Positions 40,920 to 53,892 of a DNA stretch of 64,000 bases are shown here, piece after piece. Position 1 is the stretch's first letter, and each line of letters opens with the position of its first letter. The stretch spans positions 84,320,001-84,384,000 of the forward strand of contig NC_043005.1 in assembly GCF_006345805.1 (NCBI RefSeq). Direction: 5' to 3'. The notes under the pieces are model-generated. The model saw only the letters and a program-made list of their open reading frames with translations. It made no database searches and was not told the DNA's origin. This stretch comes from Octopus sinensis (Eukaryota). The position numbers and the translations under genes are program-made.

Positions 40920-41429
40920 TATATAATACATGGTAGGCTTCTTTCAGTTTCCATGTACCAAATCCACTCACAAAACTTTGGTTGGACCAGGGTTATAATA
41001 GGAAACACACACTTGCCCAAGGTGCCATGCAGTGGGATTGAACCAAGAACTATGTGGCTGGGAAGCAAACTTCTTACCATATAGCTACATGATAAAGTTT
41101 CCACTTCTAGTCTGAAAGCAAATTCTATTAAGGTCAAGTCCCTGGGTCAACTAAATAAGGCAGCAGGCTGGCAGAAGTGTTAGCATGCTGAGCAAATGCT
41201 TTGCAGTATTTCATCTGTCTTTACATTCTGAGTTCAAATTCTGCTGAAGTCAACTTTGCCTTTCATCCTTTTGGGGTCAATAAATTAAGTACCAGTTGCG
41301 TACTGGAGTTGATCTAATTGACTGACCCCCTCCCCAAAAATTTCGGGCTTTATGCTTAGAGTAGAAAGGGATTGAATAAAAAAACTAGTCAAGTAACGGA
41401 ACTGACGGTATCAACTAAGCCCAAACGAC

Positions 41430-41848
41430 TTCCTTAAACCTTTCATTACCGTATTTATTTTGCATTCATCATCATCGTTTAACGTCCGTTTTCCATGCTA
41501 GCACGGGTTGGATGGTTCGACCAGGGTCTGGTAAACCATGGAGGCAGCACCAGGCTCTAGTCTGATTTGGCAGTGTTTCCACAGCTGGATGCCCTTCCTA
41601 ATGCCAACCACTCCATAAGTGTAGTGGTGTTTTTTTTACGTGCCACCGGCACAGGGGCCAGGGCAGGCTGGCAAATGGACCAAGATTAGTTGGTGCTTTT
41701 ACATGTCACCGACACAGACACCAGTCAGGCGGCGCTGGCATAGGAACATAAATTGTGACTAAGGTTTGGTGGTAAGATTTTAATTCAAAACATGCAAACA
41801 AGACAGAGCCAGAGGTGGTTTCAACCGGGTTGGTATTGAAAGGGTTAA
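41430..41848 (-). mobile_element. piggyBac-like MITE interrupted by an RTE 3' end (about 41445-41745)
   Basis: TTAAACCTTTCATTAC.. and ..GAAAGGGTTAA ends enclose an RTE tail. Confidence 0.65.
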
Positions 41849-42484
41849 GCAATTCTGAGAGGCTCTTCCTCTCAAAAGCTGTTTGTCAAGGAATTCATTT
41901 GGAGTCGTTTGTCAGTCTACTGGTGTTAAAAGAAGAAATGTCGACTGTGTTGAGTTCTGCTGTTTCTCTGGTACGACCTACTTTGTCAAACCCAGATTAA
42001 GGAAGGGCAAAATTGGGGCTTACAGAACTAACAGAATTTTATCATCTTAGAAATAGTTTTTGATTGTTGGCAAAAGGCAAGTCAGTTTGAGGAGAGAAGC
42101 TTAGTCAATACCTTCAGCTCCCCTACTTGAATGGTACTTTGTTTTATCAACTGTAAAAGGATGAAAGGCAAAGTTGACCTTGGCAGGATTTGAACTCTGA
42201 ATGTAAAGAGTTGCAACCAAATTCACCAAAGCCTGTTTTTTTTACTGATGCTCTATTGATTCTGTCAATGTACCGTCTTTTGCCAATACACTGTAATCAC
42301 CCTTTAGAAATAATAAACAGAATTCACATATCAATGCTGTGAGAGAGGGAAAAAAAGAGACAAAGGACATATATAAAAGAGAGAGAGAGGGGGGAAGAAA
42401 GAAAGAGGGAGAGAAAGAAGAATTGAGAATATATATAAAAGAGAGACAAAGACTAAGATGTATGTATGTATGTATGTATGTGTA

Positions 42485-42562
<78 letters not shown>

Positions 42563-43841
42563 GGAAAGGCAGCAGCTGAAGGAGGTGGGGTTGGAAGAGG
42601 ACTAAAGCCAAAGAAAGAGAAAAATGGAAGTGAGAGAGAAACATGAAGCTAGAAATGGTAAAATGAAGGACTGAACTGTTATGGATAGGAGTGACACTAG
42701 TAAAAGCTTTTGACTCTCCACTCAATTATTTCTCGTAACTTTTACTACCAAACCATCAAAGAAATACTTCAAACACCTCGCAAAAAAAAAAAACTGATAT
42801 CCTGACCAAAGTATTTCTTAGAACTCATGGAAAAATAATTCCTGGATTATTAAGTGTTTTTTTTTTTGGTTTTGTTTCTTTTGTAAAACACATTGATTTG
42901 ACTGGGTTAGTCTCTGCCATTGTCGCTGTCAGCTTTTTATTTTATTCCAGGTTCAACTTGTTCAACCAGACCAATGGTTAAAGAGATTCTGCCTGCGACA
43001 ACCTCGAATTTATGATGTTTTTCAGCCGTAAGAACAGGTATAGCCATGTTGTTTAAGATATTCATTTGAAACCAAATGGTTGAAGGATCATTCCTGCTTG
43101 CCTAAGATACCATCTAAGTGTAACTTGGCCAAGCAGGATCAATTCCTGAACACAAAGTACCACTCTGGAGTACTGTGGAGAAATTTCTTTTGCTGTCCCC
43201 TCTGGTTGACCAAAACCTTGTCTGTAAAATTTGGAAGACATCCACTTTTCCATGCTTGCATGAAATCAAATAGAAATTATTGAGCCAGATTTTTCTAAGG
43301 CCAAATGTCTTTTTTGTTGCCATCAGTCATGTGTTTCTGGGTAAGGTAATATTCCTCCACCCCCATGGCCAGACATGTTCTTGCAGGACATTGGAAATGA
43401 GCGACATTATTTGTACAATGGTGACACTCATTTAAAGCCAAATGCAAATACAGGGTACAATATCAAGAGCAGTTACAGGAAAAGCAATCACCAGAACAAC
43501 TTGTCCACCTTGTAATTTCTGAGGCTGCAGTCATGCTATATATATCTTTTATATATAATTGAAGAAATTAAAGTCAACAAGGAGTATGGTTGGACAGTTA
43601 TTTTGTAATCACTACAATTGTTTCCACACAATGTGGTTCTCCAAAAATACAGGTATTTGATTAGTCTGTTTGCATAATGAGATCTAGTTGTGTTTCCTCA
43701 GGTGATATTCAAGTGTTGTCTCTTTTAGTTTAAAATCTTTGACTTCAAGGTCATCCCATCCGTCTGACTTAGTTTGAATTTTGTAGCAGTTGGTAGATTC
43801 ATGTTGTTTGCTGCCAGAATGTGTTTGTTGGACTGCTATGA

Positions 43842-44507
43842 GTCTTGTTTTCAAAAGTTCTGAATAAAAATCTTCCACCAAACCTTAGTCACAATTTATG
43901 TTCCTAAAATTAGCTGAATGATAACCAAGTTATTTTACTAATTTCTTTTAAAATATTTAAAATTAATTGAAAGAAACACAGAGCATCTCAGCAGAAATAT
44001 GGTAACAAAAGAGTTAAAGTCACCATGATATTTTTAACCTTTTCTATATCAAACCTGGCTAAAACCATCTCTGGCTCTGTAGTACAAATGTCTTGTTTTC
44101 AAAAATTCTGAATTAAAATCTTCCACTAAACCTTAGTCACAATTTATGTTCCTAACACTAGCTGAATGATAACTAAGCCATTTTACTAAATTCTTTGTTA
44201 TATTTAAAGTAATTGAAAGAAACACGGAACATCTCAACAGAAATATGGTAACAAAAAGGTTAAAGTCACCATGTTATTTTTAACCCTTTCAATATCAACC
44301 TGGCTGAAACCTTCTCTGACTCTGTAGTACAAATGTCTTGTTTTCTTAAGTTCTGAATTAAAATCTTCCACCAAACCTTAGTCACAATTTATGTTCTTAA
44401 CATTAGCTTAATGATAACTAAGTTATTTAGTAAATCCTTTGTTATATTTAAAGTAATAGAAAGACACACAGAGCATCTCAAAATAAATGTAGTAACGAAA
44501 AGGTTAA
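43842..44507 (+). repeat. Head-to-tail array of about three piggyBac-like MITEs, period 246 bp
   Basis: TTAA-bounded units at 44034-44263 and 44280-44507, a partial first unit ending 44017, and the same AGTCACCATG(A/T)TATTT spacer twice. Confidence 0.85.
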
Positions 44508-44555
44508 AGGATGTAAAACTCTACTGTCTCTTATAAATTTCTCGCCATTCAAATT

Positions 44556-44592
44556 GATCCCTGAAAAAGGACTGTGTCTGAAACGTTGGATT
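44556..44592 (+). ncRNA. Decayed minimal hammerhead motif (G8-to-A)
   Basis: GATCC CTGAAAA A GGAC-tgt-GTCT GAA A-cg-T T GGATT, the CTGAAGAAGG..CCGAAACGT type seen at Penelope ends. Confidence 0.55.
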
Positions 44593-46222
44593 TTCTACTC
44601 CTCACTGCAAAATCACTGTACTCTTTTTATTGATTACAATGTTGCTGCTGCTGCTGCTGCTGTTACCTTTTAATCTTTCAGTCATTATACTGCAGCCATG
44701 CTGGAGCAGTGCCCTGAACAATCTTCGTCAAACAAATCAGCCCCAGTACTGTTTTTGAAGCCTGGTATTCGTATTTTGTTGGTCTCTTTTGCCGAACCAC
44801 TAAGCTTTGGGAACACCAGCACTGGTTGTTAAGCGGTGCTGGGAGACAAACACAGGCACAAATACACACACACACACACACACACACATCACACACACAC
44901 ACGTGAATAACGTCTTTCAGTTTCCATCTAAGAAATCCACTCACATGGCTTTGGTCAACCCAAATCTATAGTAGAACACACTTGCCCGAGGTGCCATGCA
45001 GTGGGACTGAACCTAGAACCATGTGGTTGGGAAGCAAACTTCTTACCACACAGCCATGACTGTGCCTACTACTACAACTACTACTACTACTGCATGTGCA
45101 CACATACACACACACACACACACACATGATGGGCTTCACACTATTTCCCAAATCCACTCACAAGATGTTGGTGGCTCAGAGAAATAGCAAAAAATACTTG
45201 CCAAGGTGCCATGCAGTGGGACAGAACCTGAAACCATGAGGTTGGGAGACAAACTATTGAGTCACACAGCAATGCAAGATAAAATTTACAAAAGGAATGA
45301 AAAAATTGCAGCCTGAAGTTACAGGGACCACAGCAGAAATCCCTGAAAATTGCTTATAGCTGAGAATGTCTAGACTAAATGAAGGTAAAGTCAGGAGAGG
45401 GCTTGAGTCATGAGAGATGAAGGTATTTTAAATTGAGGGCAGTTATGGACATGTAATGAGGATGCTGGAGAAAGCTGAGAGAACAGGTGAAAGAGTTTTT
45501 GACTTAAAGAACTCTCTGCTATTCTAAGAATTTTTGAAGATGGGAATCCTATGACAATGAATACAAAAAATTGAATGGGAAAGAGAGAGTAAAAGAAGGA
45601 GAGAGAAAGAGAGTGATGCAAGTTAGATGACAAGCTGAAAATGCACTTAACCGGTATAGAGTTGTGTACAAAGAGAAGACAAAGAAGAAAAAATGGTAAA
45701 CAAACATCCCTTTAGTGATATTCTTTTTTAAAAAAACCAATAAAAAAAATCCAAACTTTATTTTTTCTTCTGCATCGACTGAAGAAAGTCAATAAAATCG
45801 CTCAACATAAAAGTGAGTCCAATTCATTTCTTTTTTTTTTCTGTTATTTATATTCACGTTTTTTTTTTACATGCTATTTTTGTTTTCTTTCCGTAAAGTA
45901 TTTCAGAAAATTAAAAAATGTTTTGTGTTTTCAGAGCTTAGACATCAAGTGCTGACTTTATATTCATTTTTATAATTTCAAATACTGAGAATGTTATTGA
46001 GACATGCATTACCTGCAGTGTCTGGGGTATTCCTGTACATAACCCCTCCCTAACACACACACACATACACACACATGTATATACACATGCACACACGCTT
46101 AAATGTATCAACTTCTTCCCTAGATCATTTCACAATCCATCTGTAAACTTTGTTTTTGCTGTTTCTTGGGGTTATTAAGTATTTGGGTTTCTTCAACAAC
46201 CATACACCCTTTTCTGAGAGCA

Positions 46223-46269
<47 letters not shown>

Positions 46270-46849
46270 TATGTATGTATTTATGTATGTATGCATGGAT
46301 GTATGTGTTCCAAAGCTGGAGATCTGGGCCATGCTTGATTGTGGACAACATGGCTTTGTAGGTGAAAGTCTTAGCAGCGTTGTGCAAGTTTCTATTCACT
46401 TTAGACTTCAGTACAGACATCACTGAAAGCTATTGTCCGTAACACATAGCATAAGAGAATTTGTCAGCTATGGTCATACTCGCATAGGAGTTGACAGACA
46501 CCACATATATATATTAGTTTCATGGCGTTCTAACTAATAAATGATGGGTATTACAGTGAGTTTCATGTGAAGGTGATGTTTTACACTCATCAGACAGCAC
46601 ATTATGGATCTAATGTAAATTCTGCTACAAAATAAGAAAACAAGATTGCCACAGAAGTTCTGTGTGCACAGCTTTCAGCAATGTTCAGTTGATGTCCATA
46701 ACATGACCGTCCGATGAATATGAGGCATAAATGTGAGAATGGGAACTGGGATGAAAATATCTTGGAAGTTATTACTTCTTTGCAAAGGTCTTTTTTTTTT
46801 CCTGTTGGAGGGAAGGGCAGATTGTCTGATCTCTGTGTGCAAAATGTAA

Positions 46850-47130
46850 TTACCAGTTACGCACTGAGGTCAATGTAATCGACTTAATCCATTTGTCTGT
46901 CCTTGTTTGTTCTCCCTGTGTTTAGCCCCTTGTGGGTAGTAAAGAAATAGGTATTTCGTCTGCCACTACATTCTGAGTTCAAATTCTGCTGGGGTCTACT
47001 TTGCCTTTCATCCTTTCAGAGTCGATTAAATAAGTACCAGTTATGCACTGGGGTCGATGTAATAGATTTAGTCCCTTCGTCTGTCCTTGTTTGTCCCCTC
47101 TATGTTTAGCTCCTTGTGGGCAATAAATAA
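46850..47130 (+). mobile_element. Family A-derived dimeric SINE, 184-bp period
   Basis: TTTAGC(C/T)CCTTGTGGG at 46921 and 47105; junction AAAGAAATAG|GTATTTCGTCTG as at about 32850. Confidence 0.8.
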
Positions 47131-47932
47131 TTAAATGTACCTTGTGGACACAAGTGCAAAGGTATTGCTACAGAGATTGGTCAGTGGCAACTCTCATTAC
47201 AACAGTCAGCCCACCTTGTGGGGCTAATTTCTGTGATTGGCCCACAGTTATCATGATTTTGCAAATTAATCAACTAATTAGTAATACCTGCCAGAAAAAG
47301 TAATACATGTAAAATTTCATGTATTGTGGAAATTAGCAATAAATAAAATTCACTTTGGTGCTAATATCATATTCACAATTTGATGAATCCTTACAGATTT
47401 ATCTAAAATTCCTTATTAGCATTTAATGTGTGTTATATATTTTACCTGTCATCATATATTTGTCATATGAATCAGTATTTATTGTAGAATATAGTTTGTA
47501 TTTAAATTAAGTCTACCTTCTTTGACTGAAGATTCCATTTTGAACAAAATGGTAAATTGTAAAAATATACTGAAATATCATTATTGAATATATAATGAAA
47601 TAAAAACTTGATAAACGATATTATAAGGTATTGCTCTCTGGGCATTATTGACATTTTATTATCAAGATATTTTTTCCTGTATTTCGTTTCGTTATCGGAA
47701 ATACTACCGTTGATTTTAACAACACTTTTTTTCTTTATTTAAACAATGTTTTCACCTGTTTTTTTAATTTATTTATTTATAATATTGCTGCTAAATTTAA
47801 TGACATCTGGTAAATGTCAAATTATCATTTGGCTCTTTCGAGTTAAAATTAATTTTCGAAATAGAATTTCTCTTTGCCATGAATGTCTTTTTCAAATTAC
47901 TTTGTTCAAAGAATATTTTCCCAAAATAAAGA

Positions 47933-47978
<46 letters not shown>

Positions 47979-48179
47979 CATACTCACAACAATCCAGATG
48001 GAAATTAGACCTCCTCAAGCTTCATTGGTTATCCAGAATGTATTTCATTTGATATCAAATATCCTCAGAATTATCCAATCAAATTTTTACATTTATTTCA
48101 CAATGATAATGAGAGTTCAGATGTTATCTTTTAATCAGTTTCAAAGGTATATTTTATGTAATTAATAACACCTGGAAGA

Positions 48180-48765
48180 AGGTGCTTCTTTTCCACTCAC
48201 CAAAGTGAATGGAACTTTGGCCAGGAGGAGTTGATGTCATCAGATGCTATCCAACAATCATCAGCTGTTTTAACCCTGAACCGTATCAGCTTCACATTTG
48301 TGGGTTAGCAGAGGTGGCCAAATCACTGCTCATCATCTCCTTCAGGCCTCCACCTTAATTCCTCCCTCTTGCTCTATAACCAGCAAGAGGCTCTTTCTGC
48401 TGCCTCTCCCATCCTGTGCACAGCCACCCTCCGATCCTTTCCTCTCATTCCAATTGCTATATACTTCCTTCACAGTAACTTTGCAGAGAATCTCTTATAG
48501 CCAGCCTCAACTGGGAAAAATCCTAACTGGCATCCCTTCTCCCTGCAGAGAGCTCTTGTACTTGGCATGCTTCCATACATAGGCCTGACCACACCCTTCT
48601 TCCCACGATACTGTAAGCTCAATCAAGATTATTTTTCTGGCCTTTTCAGGCCACAAGACTACATCTGGCCTCAGGGTTGTTTGGACGATCTGGGAAAACT
48701 GCAGTCTTACCCCAAAGTCCACTTTCATATTCCATGATTGGGCCCTGTGTTGTAGACTATTTGTC
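48180..48765 (-). mobile_element. 3' end of a HERO-like RLE element
   Basis: WNMKVDFGVRLQFSQIVQTTLRPDVVLWPEKARKIILIELTVSWEEG..KHAKY; inserted beside (CA)n. Confidence 0.85.
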
Positions 48766-48766
48766 C

Positions 48767-48798
<32 letters not shown>

Positions 48799-49458
48799 TT
48801 GAGTATTCATTTTTCACCCTGTTTCGCACCTATATGTTTATTTGTGTGCATATATATACACACACACACGTATAGTCAGAGTGAAGGTGCATGTGGCCTA
48901 GTGGTTAGGGTTTGGCACTAATGATAGCAAAGTCATGGTTTCAATTCCAGGAATGGGTGGTGTGTAGTGTTTTTGAGCAAAACACTTCATTTCACATTGT
49001 CCCATTCCACTCAGTGGTAAATGAGTCACCCTCTGAGAGACTGGCATTCCATCCAGGGGGAATATTGTGATCTTGGTCACTTACATGTTATGGAAACCAG
49101 GCAACTGGCCCTATAAGCCCAAGGGATTTCAGAACCTTGGAACAATGCACTGGCTGAACTCCCCCACTCATAGGCCTGCATGCAAGGGTAATAGTGCAAC
49201 ACAAATGAAAGAAATACAAAAAGGTTAACTTAAGGGAAGCTCAGAATCAAATTTTACAGTTGAACCCGAGAATGTTTTTTTTTTTACTCTTTGCATGATT
49301 CACTCATTTAATCTGGGTATAAATCGGGTGCAGGGCTTCATTGCATTTCAAGTTGCAGTGTTTTGATTTTGTGCAAAAGCTGTATGTTTTTTTTCAGTTT
49401 GATGTATTACTGGAGTGGTTCATAAAATATATTGAAATTGCAACTTTTCCTTGTAATT

Positions 49459-49849
49459 TCTATATATATAAAGCTGAAGTTGTCTGTGTATGGTAGGTTT
49501 GGTAGCCTTCAACTAACACTATTTCCTCTGAGACCCTGTGGTGCAAGTTGACCAAAATTGAGAGTATGGTAGAAGAAGGCTTGCTCTTCCTGTCGTAGAA
49601 GAAAAAATTCAAATTGGACCATGTTAACACCAAAAATTATTTACATCAAAAGGGTGCTTTTTTTTCTATGAAAATCCCTATTTTTTACAATTTTTTGACT
49701 GCTGTGTCGCCATTTTTCAGTGTATTTCAACCAGAAAAATGTTCCCTTAAAGAGAATAACAAGCTACATAATGCAAAGTTTTTACTTTTCAAAAATTCCA
49801 ATTCTAAACGGTCGAAACAAACACGAGCAACGCCAGGCAATACTGCTAG
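49459..49849 (+). mobile_element. Non-autonomous Helitron
   Basis: 5' TCTATATATATAAAG; 3' GAGCAACGCCAGGCAATACTG-CTAG followed by T. Confidence 0.7.
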
Positions 49850-49879
49850 TAATTAATATGACAGAAGAAGTATTAACAC

Positions 49880-50470
49880 TAAAAGGTAACCTTGATCTCC
49901 AACTTAACATTCAAGTTGTGACAGAACACTGAATATTGTATTATTTAACTTAAGATGATCTCTCATAAGGACTCATGGTGTGTAAAAAACATTTGAAATT
50001 CTATCATTGACAAATGAGAATCCTCTTCTACAGCTGCCAGATCATGTGATTTCACCCTGCTGTGGGTTCCTCAGTGACAGATGTCCAGTAGAGACATGAC
50101 AACTGAATCTGCAACCAACAATATATAAAATCTCAGTGTCTATTCAGGCACTGGTGTTGCTAATAGCCAGTGGGCTTATTAAAACTAATTAATGTCAATA
50201 GAGGCAGTATTAATCTCCAACTTAGCATGGAGCTTGTATTAAAACACAGAATACTGTGTTAATTACCTTGAGAAGATCTTTCATAAGGACTTCTGGCGTA
50301 TAAAAGCACACATAATTATATCAATGACAAACAAGAATTGCCTTCTATGGTCACCGGAACTTTCATAAGGACTGGAGAAATCCTCTCCAGGTAAATAACA
50401 CAGTATTCTCTGCTTTAACTCAACTTTCATATTAAGCTGAAAATCAAGATTACCTCTCCTTTTGTATTAT
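49880..50470. mobile_element. Hammerhead-bearing repeat: about 318-bp tandem period plus a short inverted copy
   Basis: ATCTCCAACTTA at 49895 and 50213 with diverged downstream matches (TCATAAGGACT, TCAxTGACAAA); inverted partial copy at about 50390-50460. Confidence 0.6.
50034..50080 (-). ncRNA. Minimal type I hammerhead ribozyme, canonical core and all stems intact
   Basis: CTGTCA CTGAGGA ACCC-acagca-GGGT GAA A-tca-ca-tga-T C TGGCAG. Stem I is 6 bp (one G-U), stem II 4 bp and stem III 4 bp, with site AUC (C17 = 50040). Confidence 0.9.
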
Positions 50471-52112
50471 TTATGGGTTTAAGTGTAACACTTAAACCTC
50501 AAAATAAAACAAAATGGGAAAGTCGCAGGGAGTCACTGTAACTCATTTGGTGTCAATTATACAACAGATTAGTTATTTTATCTTATTGTATGTGAATGTA
50601 TGATGATATGTATGTGGTATTTACTTAATGGATTGGCATCCTATCCAGGGGAATGTTGTGAGCTGTATCACATAAATAACATGGAGAACAGGTAACTGGC
50701 CTTTTAAGTCCTAGGGCTCAAGAAAAATGAATACTGTTTTTATGATTGCATGTATGTGTGTGCATGTGGAGTATATGTGTCTGTGTAAAGTTTATACCCA
50801 TGTGCCTACGTGAGCTTTTGTTCTGGTGTTAAACTGCATGTAATGTATATGCTTTTATGTGCATGTGTGTGTTTGTGTGTGTGTGTGTTTGCATACACAT
50901 ATACACATACGTATTCATACACACACATATAGACATACATACACACATACAAATGTGTGTGTGTGTGTGAGTTCAGTACATATCTGTACAACTAGGAATA
51001 TTTATCAGTGTAGCATTAAACATGACGGCAATATAAATTCTGCAGATCTCATTTTGACCAAGGTGGAATATTTTCAGACTGTTCAGGGATTTGTTCTAAG
51101 TATAAAGTTCCTGATAAGGACCTCACCTTTGCATGAATCACTCAAATAAAATCCAAAATCCTTTACATACCATTTTTTTTTTTATCTTTCTCTCTTTTCT
51201 CTTTCTGTGCTAAAATATTCTCTGTTGGGGGGTTTTATGGCTAAGATAAAAAAAAAACCCCAAAAAGCTTGTGAATTCCTGCTTGTTCTTAATGAGCCCT
51301 TTCAATGCATTTGAAGTGAATTTCAAATTTGAATTTAGCTTGAAGAATATCACTTACTCTACAATGAAATCTAGAATCTCTTCAAGAAACCGATTCCAAA
51401 AATAGTCTTTCTTTTATATTTGGGAAATAGTGCCAAGAAATTATTCTATGTGGAGGAATTAGTTACCTGAGGAGATAGCCAAGTTGAAGGCAACTAATTC
51501 TTATGAATTTACCATGAAGATTTTTACTGTAAAATGTTATAAAACATTAGAACCACCAAATGGAGAGAAAAAAGAGAAACAAGTCTACAAGTTGGTCTTT
51601 TAATCATATCTGTCTATGATTAATCCTATATCGATGAGTAAGGGAAGTGGGTTAGTGTACAGGGTGTTGTGGGTTCGATTCTTGCACCAGGCAAAGGTGT
51701 CACTTTCACACCTTTTAATTTCAATTGTCATTGAAAAACAACACAGGATCGTCACAGAATTCCCAATACTTAATTTACCAACCACAACATTATTGTCATT
51801 ATGTGTGTATGTGTGTGTGTATATATTATATATTTTTTTTATTTTGCTTATGACAATTTTTTTATTCCTTTGTTATTCTAATTTCTTATGCCTTGTGTGT
51901 TTGTGTGTGCGTGTGTGTGTCTATGTATATATATATATATATTAATAATAGAAGGGTAAAATTTATTAATTAAATCAATTAATTAATCAATTAATTAACA
52001 ATTTTACCAAGTAGATCAGTACGTTAAAATAACATTTATAGGTAAAATTATCCACATAATTGTAATTAGGGTTCAGCTAACTGCAGTTAGCTGAACCCTA
52101 ATTATAATTATG

Positions 52113-52187
<75 letters not shown>

Positions 52188-52675
52188 ATAAATAGATAAA
52201 CAGATGGATACACATTATACATACATATTCTTTTACTTGTTTCAGTCATTTGATTGCAGCCATGCTGGAGCACAGCCTTTAGTTGAACAAATCGACCCCG
52301 GGACTTATTCTTTATAAGGACTTAGTCACTTTTGCTGAACTGCTAAGTTATGGGGATGTAAACATACCAACATTAGTTGTCAAGCGATGCTGAGGGGGAC
52401 AAACACAGACACACTCACAAATATATACATACATACAAACATATATATATGCATACACATATATACGACGGGCTTCTTTCAGTTTCTGACTACCAAATCC
52501 ACTCACAAAGCTTTGGTCGGCCTGACACTATAGTAGAAACACTTGTCCAAGGTGATACACAGTGGGACTGAACCTGAACTATGTGGTTGGGAAGCAAGCT
52601 TCTTACCACAGAGCCACTCCACACACACACACACACAGATACATATACACATATTCACAATTAAGACCATACTTT

Positions 52676-52714
<39 letters not shown>

Positions 52715-53501
52715 TCATATAAGTACATATACACGTGTAGTACATATACATGCACACATGCATACACATACTTTGGCAATAATTTATTAGTTCTGTTTCT
52801 TTGTAGTTTGTGAAAATGCTCTTTCTACATTCTCATTCATTTCATTCATCCATTTCATTTATTCGTTTCTTCCCTAATTCATTCAGGTATTCATTTCTTC
52901 TTTTCACTTTCTTTCTCTTTTTCCAACCTCATTCACTCTCTCTCATGCATTTTTATTTCATTTACATCTTTACAATAGAAACAAGGAAATATTGGTGAAC
53001 ATGTATATATATATAAATATGTATAAATCAACATGTACACATCAACATGTATATGTAAACATGTATATATACATATAAACATGTATATATAAACAATATT
53101 GTTTGAGAAGGCCCAGTCACAGATGCTGTCTTTTGTGTGGTGTCAGATCTTTCTGACAGCTCATCACATCATAATTGTGAAAATGAAATTGAATAATCCT
53201 ATAAAAGAAGATTAAAGATTAAAAAAAAAATGGTAAGCTAAAAAAAAAAATCAAATAATAAAACTAATCAATTTTAGTTAAATATTGGTTCTTAATTTAG
53301 TTGCATCTTGCTTTTTATGATGGAATTTATGATGGAATTGGTCCTGTCATGTAAAAGTATGTTCTGTATAAGACTAACATCCAATTTTTCACAAGCTAAC
53401 AAGAGATCCTTTACACTGTAACTTTGCCTGCTAGAAATAGTAGCTAAAGTGTCCTTCAACTTGCACAATATACCAGCTTCATGCTATTGTTACATTATTG
53501 G

Positions 53502-53892
53502 AGTAAAGATTGTTTGTCAACATAACATGGCAGTCCTGGTTTAGGACGAATGTTGCTGTAATTTAGCCCCAGGAGACATCGTCTCCAGCTTGTTATACAA
53601 CACAATCTGTGTCTTTATATTTTTGAACAAGGGCATTTAGCACCCTCACTCAGCTCAAAACAATATCTGTGTATCGTGATTTCTGGGTTATTTCTCTTCA
53701 TCAGCACAGAATAATTGCGATACACAGATATTGTTTTGAGCTGAGTGGGGGTGCTAGATTCCCTCGTTCGAAAATATAAGGACACAGATCATGTCGTATA
53801 GCCAGCTGGAGATGATGTCTTCTGGGGCTAAATTACAGCAACATTCATCCTAAACCAGGACTGCCATGTTATGTTGATAAACAATCTTTACT
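53502..53892. repeat. Fold-back palindrome, two imperfect arms of about 179 bp
   Basis: AGTAAAGATTGTTTGTCAACATAACATGGCAGTCCTGG.. mirrors ..CCAGGACTGCCATGTTATGTTGATAAACAATCTTTACT; loop about 53681-53713. Confidence 0.95.
53666..53710 (-). ncRNA. Minimal hammerhead motif at the palindrome centre, intact core
   Basis: TCTGTG CTGATGA a-gag-aaataa-ccc-a GAA A-tc-ac-ga-T A CACAGA. Stem I is 6 bp perfect; stem II is weakened. Confidence 0.75.

Noticed and set aside
43020-43700. Possible LINE AP-endonuclease remnant
   Set aside because: Only vague motif similarity (LMATKKTF); catalytic motifs could not be recovered by eye.
51455-51500. Hairpin containing CTGAGGA and GAAG
   Set aside because: Stem III and the cleavage triplet are absent, so it is not supportable as a hammerhead.
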